Source of the DNA: Saprospiraceae bacterium
Lineage (GTDB): Bacteria; Bacteroidota; Bacteroidia; Chitinophagales; Saprospiraceae
DNA: 64,000 nt
Assembly (NCBI GenBank): GCA_020627535.1
Contig: JAHDGU010000001.1
Span: 164,670 to 228,669, forward strand
Direction: 5' to 3'
Under the pieces are notes generated by a model. It was given only the letters and a program-made list of their open reading frames with translations. It did no database searches and was not told where the DNA came from. Made by a program: the position numbers and the translations under genes. This document shows, one piece after another, positions 1 through 7,518 of the stretch. Position 1 is the stretch's first letter. Each line of letters begins with the position of its first letter.

Positions 1-3000
1 AACCCTTGATCATCATAACAATCCAGGAGGGACTCGGCTTGATCCGATTGAAAGCTTGCTGTGCCTTGGATTGTATCTCCACAGCTCACACGTGTAGCAG
101 TCTTACACTCTGACCCGGAGAGCTCGTAGGCACCGATATCCACATACTGATCCATGATGCGGAATGAACCTTGGAGGTCCGTCTCTACGTCTGACGGAAT
201 CGCATCATTGTTGCCCTGATTGATGGCAGGTGAGCCTGTGGAGAGGCGAAGATCTCCTGTGAGCGTATCTAAGAAGAGTGGATCAGCGTCAAGATTATTC
301 CCGCCGTCAGTGACATTGGGAGGCATGATGACCATTCCATCTTCTGTGTCATCTTCCAAGATGGAATATGCTATGGTGACACTTTCTGATGATGTACTAG
401 CGATCTGAGCTCCAGAACTATTTGGGGCAGTATTTCCCCAGAAAATTGATCCCTGAATATCCAAGGAGCTCATACCTTCAGAACTAATGGCACCTCCTTG
501 TTGAGAGGCCATGTTTTGTGAAAAACTACAGTTGATAATTTCGTGATCATTCTGGCCTACGCTTCCTGTACTAAATATTGCTCCACCGTTGGCACAACTA
601 TTTTTGTAAAAAGCACAGTTGATCATCTCCGTAGAGCAACTTCCTGTGGAGCCCCAGTTATATATAGCAGCTCCTGCCAGGCTTGTTTCGTTTTTTGTGA
701 ATGCACAATTCAAAATTCTTGTGCTATTATTCCCCAAAGAAGCTCCATCGTTGAAAATACCAGCGCCAAAGATTCCAGAATTGCTGCTGAAAGAACAATT
801 GGAAATCGTGGGACTGCAAATGTTTCCTCCTTCTCTACCTCTCGTGTGGATGCCTCCCCCGGCACTTTCCGGGAAGGGGCCATCGCAATTCCCTCCTCTA
901 AAGCTGAAGCCATCCACCACGCAGCTCGAGTCTATATTTCCACGCACACTTTCACCATGGATGATCATGATGTGATAGCTATTGTCAGTGCTATCCCCGG
1001 TGACACCTATATCTCCTGAGAGTATGGTCTCATGTGCACGGAAGTCTCGATCTGCCCGAGCTGTCTCTGATCCATCAAAGCCTCCATAGATGGCAAGATT
1101 CTTTGGGATATAAAAAGTCTTGTGTCTGTCACTGGCAGGTAGAATTCCCAAACTCACGGTATCCGTCGGAAGATATGTCCCCTCTGCCACCCATATCTCC
1201 CCTGCGAGACTATCACACTCACAGGCGAGGTCGATAGCGTCTTGCAGATCTCTGAATGCACCAGACCAGATATTGCCGTGCTCAGGACCAGTCGCATCGA
1301 TATCTACGAGCAGGGCATTTTGCGCGCCGGGACAGAGATTTTCGTATGCACCCATGTCTACGGTATCTCGTATGATCCGAGGACTGCCTGCAAGATCGGT
1401 CGTGATGCCATCTGGAATGCTATCATTGTTCCCTGCATTGATGGCAGGGCTACCTAGCGTCAGACGCAGATCGGTGCTGTCTCGGAAGAGCGGGTCGCTA
1501 TCTAGATTGTTACCGCCGTCGATGACATCAGTCGGGACTCCACCTCCTATGATGGAGTGGCTGAGAGTGGTATGGTTGAGTGATGAGCTCTCATAGATTT
1601 CGTTTTCTAGGTTGGCTTCATTCTCCCAGAAGATGCAATTGCTGATAGTGATTGAATCTGTTACAGAATTGTAAATAGCCCCTCCATTAATGACAGCCAG
1701 ATTTTTTGAAAAACTACAATTGGTGATTGAGGCGTAGCATGCATTATTATATATCGCTCCACCAATATTGGCCTTGTTATTCAAAAAGACAGAGTTGCTC
1801 AATTCATATCTGGTAGAAGCTGTATTCCAGGCGTAGATTGCGCCGCCATCATTTGAGACTTCATTCTTCAAGAATGAGCAGTTAGCGATCTTGGCAGAAG
1901 TTTCACCTAATCTGCCATCTAGAAAGATTGCACCGGCATACCGGCCTTGATTTTCTCTAAATGTACAGTTGGCAATGGTCGGATTACAGACATTCCCTGC
2001 ATTTCGTCCTCGCACATATATCGCTCCTCCAGCATAGGCAGGATTGGTGCCATTACATAGGCCATGCTCAAATATAAATCCGTCGATCTCACAGCTCCTA
2101 TCGATATTGCCTCGCTCCAGCTCCCCATGGATCAGCATGATATGATAGCTATTGTCAGTGCTATCCCCAGTGACGCCGATGTCTCCCGAGAGTATGGTCT
2201 CATGCTCTCTCCAGTCTCTCTGAGATCTGGCATACTCTGTCCCGTCAAATCCACCAAATAGCTTGACATTCTTTGGGATGTAAAATGTCTTGTCTCGGTC
2301 TGTAGCAGCGACATCTGGATTGAAAGTGAGCGTCGGCAGATAGGTGCCTTCTGCCACCCAGATCTCACCCACCAGAATATCACAGTCGCAGGCGAGCTCT
2401 ATGGCGTCTTGTAGGTCTGTGATGGCATCGGACCATCGAAGGCCATCGTCATTACCTGTGGCATCTATATCTACCAATAGCCTTGAACCAGTGCCAAGTG
2501 GACAGAAAAACTCATAAGCACCCATGTCTTGTACTTCGTTGATCATTCTTTTTCTTCCTCGGATGTCTGTGGGCTCAGATTGATCTATATTGGTCCCAGT
2601 GTTGAGACAAGGACTTATGTACTGCAGGCTGTAATCACCTCCTCCGACAAATCGTGGATTCTCAGAAATATTTCCGTTGCTACCATTGGTCAGACCGCTC
2701 CCAGTATATTCTTCTAGGCTATTATGATGGCCCACTGTTATATTGCCTCCACCCGCGATATCTGAGGGCGTGCCATTGTCAAGGTTGTTATAAAAGATGC
2801 AGTTGATCAGTGAGTCAATATTGGCGGCTTTTTCTAGGGCTCCACCCGTTCCATTGGACTCATTATCGGCGAAAGTGCAGTTGAATATATCCATGCTTCC
2901 CACCTCATGTGCCAGTGCTCCAGCTGTGGTGCCAGATGTATTCCCAACAAATAGACAGTTGGTAATACGATTGCTATCTGCACGGCTATTGACTGCACCA

Positions 3001-3530
3001 CCGACGATGGCTGATCTATTGCCCCGGAAGCTGCATCGGTTCATGAACAGCTCTGTGCCCTCGTTGAGTCGGATGGCTCCTGCGAGGAATGAGGAGTTAT
3101 TCTCGAAGTTGCAGTCCTTGAGTATGAGAGCGTCCGCTCCAGTGGTAATTATCGCCCCTCCAAATCCTGTCGCAAGGCTTGTATCACCGCCATTAGAAAA
3201 GGAAATTCCAGTGAGTCGTAACTCTCCGCCAATATGATTGATAAATCTGCTGTCACGATCGACATCCTGCGAACCATCGACGAATGTGAGTCCTGGTCCA
3301 TTGCCCAATATAACCAGACTCCGGTTGATGGTGATCTGACCACTCGTCAAGAAGATGGTGTCCCCATCCAGAGATGTATCAAATCGTATGGTGTCTCCAC
3401 TACTTGCAGAATTGATGACATCTCGTAGACTACCAGTGCCACTGTCATTGAGATTGATGACTGTATCCGCTTGCGCGAAAATGCAAAGTGCGGTGAGGCT
3501 AAGTGCTAGGGTGAAAATGGTCCTTTTCAT
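1..3530 (-). CDS. Giant secreted right-handed parallel beta-helix repeat surface protein. 5' partial: the start ATG is at 3530 and the C-terminus lies beyond the window start.
   Basis: I translated the minus strand myself. The open frame runs from 3530 down to position 1 with no stop, which is why it is absent from the ORF track. The N-terminal signal peptide reads MKRTIFTLALSLTALCIFAQA. There are dozens of NxxFxxN / GGAIY / NCxF beta-helix rungs. Two about 390-aa modules are internally duplicated: DIDATG...EIWVAEGTYLPT...TFYIPKN...HETILSGDIGVTGDSTDNSYHIM(L/I)IHGE, encoded at roughly 950-1250 and 2130-2430. Confidence 0.7.
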   Translation of the reverse strand, partial: MKRTIFTLALSLTALCIFAQADTVINLNDSGTGSLRDVINSASSGDTIRFDTSLDGDTIFLTSGQITINRSLVILGNGPGLTFVDGSQDVDRDSRFINHIGGELRLTGISFSNGGDTSLATGFGGAIITTGADALILKDCNFENNSSFLAGAIRLNEGTELFMNRCSFRGNRSAIVGGAVNSRADSNRITNCLFVGNTSGTTAGALAHEVGSMDIFNCTFADNESNGTGGALEKAANIDSLINCIFYNNLDNGTPSDIAGGGNITVGHHNSLEEYTGSGLTNGSNGNISENPRFVGGGDYSLQYISPCLNTGTNIDQSEPTDIRGRKRMINEVQDMGAYEFFCPLGTGSRLLVDIDATGNDDGLRWSDAITDLQDAIELACDCDILVGEIWVAEGTYLPTLTFNPDVAATDRDKTFYIPKNVKLFGGFDGTEYARSQRDWREHETILSGDIGVTGDSTDNSYHIMLIHGELERGNIDRSCEIDGFIFEHGLCNGTNPAYAGGAIYVRGRNAGNVCNPTIANCTFRENQGRYAGAIFLDGRLGETSAKIANCSFLKNEVSNDGGAIYAWNTASTRYELSNSVFLNNKANIGGAIYNNACYASITNCSFSKNLAVINGGAIYNSVTDSITISNCIFWENEANLENEIYESSSLNHTTLSHSIIGGGVPTDVIDGGNNLDSDPLFRDSTDLRLTLGSPAINAGNNDSIPDGITTDLAGSPRIIRDTVDMGAYENLCPGAQNALLVDIDATGPEHGNIWSGAFRDLQDAIDLACECDSLAGEIWVAEGTYLPTDTVSLGILPASDRHKTFYIPKNLAIYGGFDGSETARADRDFRAHETILSGDIGVTGDSTDNSYHIMIIHGESVRGNIDSSCVVDGFSFRGGNCDGPFPESAGGGIHTRGREGGNICSPTISNCSFSSNSGIFGAGIFNDGASLGNNSTRILNCAFTKNETSLAGAAIYNWGSTGSCSTEMINCAFYKNSCANGGAIFSTGSVGQNDHEIINCSFSQNMASQQGGAISSEGMSSLDIQGSIFWGNTAPNSSGAQIASTSSESVTIAYSILEDDTEDGMVIMPPNVTDGGNNLDADPLFLDTLTGDLRLSTGSPAINQGNNDAIPSDVETDLQGSFRIMDQYVDIGAYELSGSECKTATRVSCGDTIQGTASFQSDQAESLLDCYDDQG

Positions 3531-3607
3531 GAGGGTATTTTATGATTGTTACAAAGTTGGAATCGTGAAGGAGTCATGTCAACTACATGATGATGTGGTG
3601 GTTGATG

Positions 3608-3649
3608 GTTCGTAGTTCAGAGTTCGTAGTTCAGAGTTCAGAGTTTCTC
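3608..3649. repeat. Tandem heptamer array GTTCGTA GTTCAGA GTTCGTA GTTCAGA GTTCAGA GTTTCTC
   Basis: Read directly. It lies in the divergent intergenic region between the beta-helix gene start (3530) and the response-regulator start (3784). Confidence 0.8.
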
Positions 3650-3729
3650 CATGCCTGAAATACGTTGACCTTAATGGAAAATGGCTGATGAGACTTTGGA
3701 AAGAAACTCAATCACACAATCAGTCGCCG

Positions 3730-3747
3730 ACTACATGATCATGTAGT
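3730..3747. promoter_or_regulatory. Perfect 18-bp palindrome ACTACATGATCATGTAGT (CTACAT-N4-ATGTAG), 37 bp upstream of the response-regulator start
   Basis: Read directly. Related copies lie at 3583-3598 (CTACATGATGATGTGG) and 7139-7154 (CTACATGATGATGTAG). Positions 3579-3596 and 7136-7153 share an identical 18-mer, TCAACTACATGATGATGT. Confidence 0.6.
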
Positions 3748-3783
3748 TGCAGCTCGACTTGAAGCGCTGTACCTTGGTACTTC

Positions 3784-4425
3784 ATGGAAGAGATAGCCGT
3801 TGCCATTATAGAAGATGATCCCGTGATCAGAGCCAGCTTGGTCAAGAGTGTGGAAATGTATCCTGCGATGAATCTGGTCTTTGCCGCTGGAAGTGTAGAG
3901 GATGCCCTTGACCATTTGGATGACAATCCTTCTGACATCCCAGATGTGGTCATGATGGATATAGGTCTGCCTGGCATGGATGGCATCTCTGGGATACCAC
4001 AGGTCAAGGAACGTCTGGAGAAAACCAATATCATCATGCTCACCACCTATGAAGAGCAAGAAAAGATATTCGCGGCGCTCTGCGCTGGCGCCTGCTCCTA
4101 TATTTCTAAGCGTACATCTCTCAAGCAGATCATGGATGCCATCTTCACCGTGTATCGCGGAGGTAGTTACATGTCACCTTCTATAGCGCGCAAAGTCGTC
4201 GAGCACTTCAAGCCGATCCAAGCCGTCAATCATACGGAGAAGCTGTCAGATCGGCAACTTCAGATCGTCGAGCATCTCAGTGATGGCAAGAGCTACAAGG
4301 CGATCGCTGATGTGCTTAAGATCAGTATCGATACGGTAAGATTTCACATCAAGAAGATCTATAAGCTCCTTGAGGTCAACACCAAGCTGGATGTCATCAA
4401 TCTGTATCGAGATGGTAAGCTCTAG
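3784..4425 (+). CDS. NarL/FixJ-family response regulator (REC domain plus LuxR-type HTH)
   Basis: It has an N-terminal receiver domain (DD...D54-like MMDIGLPGMDG, then ...T...K) and a C-terminal LuxR HTH (LSDRQLQIVEHLSDGKSYKAIADVLKISIDTVRFHIKKIYKKL). Confidence 0.9.
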   Translation: MEEIAVAIIEDDPVIRASLVKSVEMYPAMNLVFAAGSVEDALDHLDDNPSDIPDVVMMDIGLPGMDGISGIPQVKERLEKTNIIMLTTYEEQEKIFAALCAGACSYISKRTSLKQIMDAIFTVYRGGSYMSPSIARKVVEHFKPIQAVNHTEKLSDRQLQIVEHLSDGKSYKAIADVLKISIDTVRFHIKKIYKLLEVNTKLDVINLYRDGKL

Positions 4426-6755
4426 GGATTGACCAAGAAGCTAGCGGAGATTTTAAATCCTCCATCCATCTTATATTCAAAAGATCCACCGCACTCTTCG
4501 GCTCGTTGACGCATGCTTTGAAGACCAAGTCCAGAGGTCTTGATTTGTTGTGGATCTGGCTTGCCATTGTCTTGGATGGTCAGGTGTAGCATAGCACCTT
4601 CATCCTTGATTATGGCCTTGATTTCCGATCCGCCGCTGTGCTTAAGTGCATTGGTGATGGCTTCCTTGTAAACTAGATAGACGTTTTGTCGAGTCTTGGG
4701 ATGGATTTTCCTATGCTCTTTGAGCTTGCTTCTCAGGCTGATACTCTGATGGCTGAGATTGTCGCTCTCCGCGGTAAAGTCTCTCATGCGATCGATGAGA
4801 TCCGAGGTGTTGTCTTTGCGAGAGTCAATCGCCCAGACTGTGTCTCGCATGCTTTGCATGGCTTGACGGCTCATCTTGGCCAAGTTTTCTGTGGCTGCCT
4901 TGTCTTTTTCACTACTGAAGTCGTTGAGCAACTCTGACTGCATGGCTAGACCTGTCAGCGTGGAGCCGACCTCATCATGCAAGTCACGCGAGAGCTGAGA
5001 TCTGAACTGCTCTCTCTCTGATGCTCGTTGCTTATTGATGCGCTGTCTTTGGAGTTGATTTCCGAGATAAACCAGCAGCCCAAAGAATATCAGGGTGGCG
5101 ATCGTCAGCCAGCGCCATAGGCGTTTTTGACTACTTTCTTTTTGGCTCTGGAGCTCAAGACTGAGGATCTCCTTATCTTGCTCCGCGGTCTTATATTTGG
5201 TCTCCCACTCAGTGATGGCTTGCGTGCGCTCAGATCGATACATGCTATCGCGGAGTATAGCATAGTCTTCTAATGCTTGAGATTGGGCTCTGGGATTGTC
5301 ATAGCGCTTGTAGAAGCTACGCATAGTCTTGAGAGCGAGTAGCTGATTTTCCACATTGCCTTGCTCCTTGCTCATCGCATATGCCTGCTGCAGCTGCGCT
5401 TCGATTTCTGCCAGTGAGACAGGTACATTTTCAGTCTTGGCACTTTTATCACCGTCGCTTTGGTCGTATAGATCTGCGTAAAGCTCAGCCAGATTGATGA
5501 GGATCGCAGCTTGCTCGGGCTTCAGGCTAAGCTCGATGGAGGATGCCAGTGCATCTTGCAAGATCACATATGCTTCTTGGTGTCTCTCAAGAGAGATGAG
5601 ATCTTGACCAATTGCTTGATTGATTTCTAGAACGAGCTTTTTTTGCTGGAGTGGAGTTGCAAGTTTTTTGGCCTTGAGGTGAGATTGGAGTGCTTCGCTG
5701 TGTGCTGTCTGCGCCCGATGACAGTTGCCGATGCGTAGAGCATTGTATGCTTGTAAGAATTCATACGAGAGCTCTTCGGCTATTGCATTTGATAGACCAA
5801 AGCTCTCCATGGCCGACGGATAATCCTCCAGATCATACTTCACAGCGCCAATATTGTGATGCGCTAGCGCTGCACTACGTCGATTGCCTAGTCGCTCCTT
5901 GATCTCGAGGGACTGATAGTAGTACTGAAGTGCCTGGTCATACAGGCCTTGAGTGTGAGCTATATTCCCCAGATTATTAGTGACGACGGCAATCTGTGTT
6001 TCGTGATCGACCAGCATTGCAAGATCCAGTGCCTGGCGATAAGACTCGTATGCTTCTTCATATCTGCCAGCACTTCGATGGAGTCGCCCTTGTGTGCTGT
6101 ATGCTGAAGAGACCGCGGTAGTCATCTCATGCGACATCTCATTTGCACGAAAGTGCAGTGCTCGATCCAGTACCCCAAGTGCAGAATCAGGCTTACCATC
6201 ATCTCTGAGTTGCTGTGCTTGCTCTACAAGTGTGTAAATGATATTGGCGCTATCGTTAGTATTCCGATAGATCATTAAGGCAGAATCTGTCAGGCTTTGA
6301 GCCAAGGAGTGTTCTCCGCGCTCCTTGGCGAGCTCGCCAAGGCCCAAGAGAGCTTTGCCTTGGAATACTGTCAAGCCACTAGTACTTGCCATGTCGAACA
6401 AGACATAATACATCGACCCCGCCATCTCGACTTCTCCAAGCTGCACCAGTCGACCTGCCGAGAGGTGAGTCAATCTATGGGTACAGCTATCTCCCGTACA
6501 TTTTTTTCGGGCTTCCGCCAAAATGACCTCAAGGTCCTCTGGAAATCGAGTCTTGCCAATGAGTCTCGTGAGGGACTCTTCCACATTGACCACTTCTTCA
6601 TCTTGATATGCTGCCCAGTGATCCTTAAATGTGATTTGTCCTGGAGGCGCTTGTGCGTGAGTCACAGCCAGAAAAAACACCTGACAAAAAATGACGACAA
6701 CAAGATGCGCTGGTCGGAAGAGGGGTAATAGGAGAGTGACTTTTCTCCTGATCAT
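4422..6755 (-). CDS. TPR-repeat sensor histidine kinase (HisKA_3 plus HATPase_c, NarL-partner class)
   Basis: A signal peptide is followed by a long TPR-like region, one transmembrane segment (WRWLTIATLIFFGLLVYLG), an H-box (LHDEVGSTLTGLAMQSE) and a C-terminal ATPase domain. It converges on the response-regulator gene with a 4-nt tail-to-tail overlap. Confidence 0.85.
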   Translation of the reverse strand: MIRRKVTLLLPLFRPAHLVVVIFCQVFFLAVTHAQAPPGQITFKDHWAAYQDEEVVNVEESLTRLIGKTRFPEDLEVILAEARKKCTGDSCTHRLTHLSAGRLVQLGEVEMAGSMYYVLFDMASTSGLTVFQGKALLGLGELAKERGEHSLAQSLTDSALMIYRNTNDSANIIYTLVEQAQQLRDDGKPDSALGVLDRALHFRANEMSHEMTTAVSSAYSTQGRLHRSAGRYEEAYESYRQALDLAMLVDHETQIAVVTNNLGNIAHTQGLYDQALQYYYQSLEIKERLGNRRSAALAHHNIGAVKYDLEDYPSAMESFGLSNAIAEELSYEFLQAYNALRIGNCHRAQTAHSEALQSHLKAKKLATPLQQKKLVLEINQAIGQDLISLERHQEAYVILQDALASSIELSLKPEQAAILINLAELYADLYDQSDGDKSAKTENVPVSLAEIEAQLQQAYAMSKEQGNVENQLLALKTMRSFYKRYDNPRAQSQALEDYAILRDSMYRSERTQAITEWETKYKTAEQDKEILSLELQSQKESSQKRLWRWLTIATLIFFGLLVYLGNQLQRQRINKQRASEREQFRSQLSRDLHDEVGSTLTGLAMQSELLNDFSSEKDKAATENLAKMSRQAMQSMRDTVWAIDSRKDNTSDLIDRMRDFTAESDNLSHQSISLRSKLKEHRKIHPKTRQNVYLVYKEAITNALKHSGGSEIKAIIKDEGAMLHLTIQDNGKPDPQQIKTSGLGLQSMRQRAEECGGSFEYKMDGGFKISASFLVNP

Positions 6756-6852
6756 AGGACTACTGGTTCAGACCTACAAGATAGTTTTATTATTTGGAGT
6801 GCGAAACGGTGTTCTTATTCCTCAATTGGCCAGCCCGATCCTGCGAAGGCGA

Positions 6853-7086
6853 CTATGAAGCCAAAGAATACTTCGCCAATAGATTTTGTAAAAGGGCTTC
6901 GCGTACGATGCCTGCCACATTGCGTACCTGTAGTTTTTGCATGATCTTCTTGCGATGCGACTTGACGGTCTCGTCACTGATGTAGAGTCTCTGTGCGATT
7001 TCCTTGGTGCTACACTCTTGGACAATGAGCTCAATCACCTCTGATTCTCTTGTGCTTAGGCGGGTTTCGTGATTTTGAATTCTCAT
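6853..7086 (-). CDS. Stand-alone LuxR-family HTH transcriptional regulator (77 aa)
   Basis: The protein carries the LuxR HTH motif LSTRESEVIELIVQECSTKEIAQRLYISDETVKSHRKKIMQKL. It lies immediately upstream of the TPR kinase on the same strand. Confidence 0.75.
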   Translation of the reverse strand: MRIQNHETRLSTRESEVIELIVQECSTKEIAQRLYISDETVKSHRKKIMQKLQVRNVAGIVREALLQNLLAKYSLAS

Positions 7087-7138
7087 GGTGATTTTCTTTT
7101 CTCAGGATAAAGGTTTGATTCTCTGACTTGTCAATCAA

Positions 7139-7154
7139 CTACATGATGATGTAG
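7139..7154. promoter_or_regulatory. CTACAT-GATG-ATGTAG inverted repeat about 50-60 bp upstream of the orphan LuxR gene start (7086, minus strand)
   Basis: Same motif family as 3730-3747. It lies in the promoter region of the LuxR-then-TPR-kinase transcription unit. Confidence 0.55.
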
Positions 7155-7518
7155 CGAGCGCATCAGTCCTTGACGCATCTGACGCTGAAGTCTGCCCGAA
7201 GTGCGGTTGGGAAAAACTGTCTAATGTCAATCGTGTTGAAAACGGCGAATGGTGCAAGATAGATAGCACCAGGAGCATAGGTATGCCAATAGGACGCTAG
7301 TAAGAGATCTCCAAAGAGTCCTGAAACCTCCATCTCGGGTTATAAATCCAGAAGAGTCTGTTGCATTAGTTCTGGAATAGATTTGTCCAAAACTATCCTA
7401 GCCAAGTTCAGTTCATAAGAGCTTCTGATGCATCGATTCTCATGGTCAGACCGACGGTTTTTGAAGCATACATTTTATCCCCATCTATGTCTGTAGAGAG
7501 TCAAGAAAAAGCGGCATC

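Noticed and set aside
220-3615. About 20 listed plus-strand ORFs of 60-160 aa
   Set aside because: They are antisense to the long open minus-strand frame that encodes the beta-helix protein. Their translations are low-complexity with no motifs.
7087-7518. tRNA or other structured RNA genes in the larger intergenic regions (also 12165-12597, 18486-18804, 42382-42697)
   Set aside because: No GTTCGAATCC-type T-arm or cloverleaf-compatible segments were seen. A SAM riboswitch was considered for the 5' UTR of the Cys/Met PLP gene, but no conserved SAM-I or SAM-II core was recognisable by eye.
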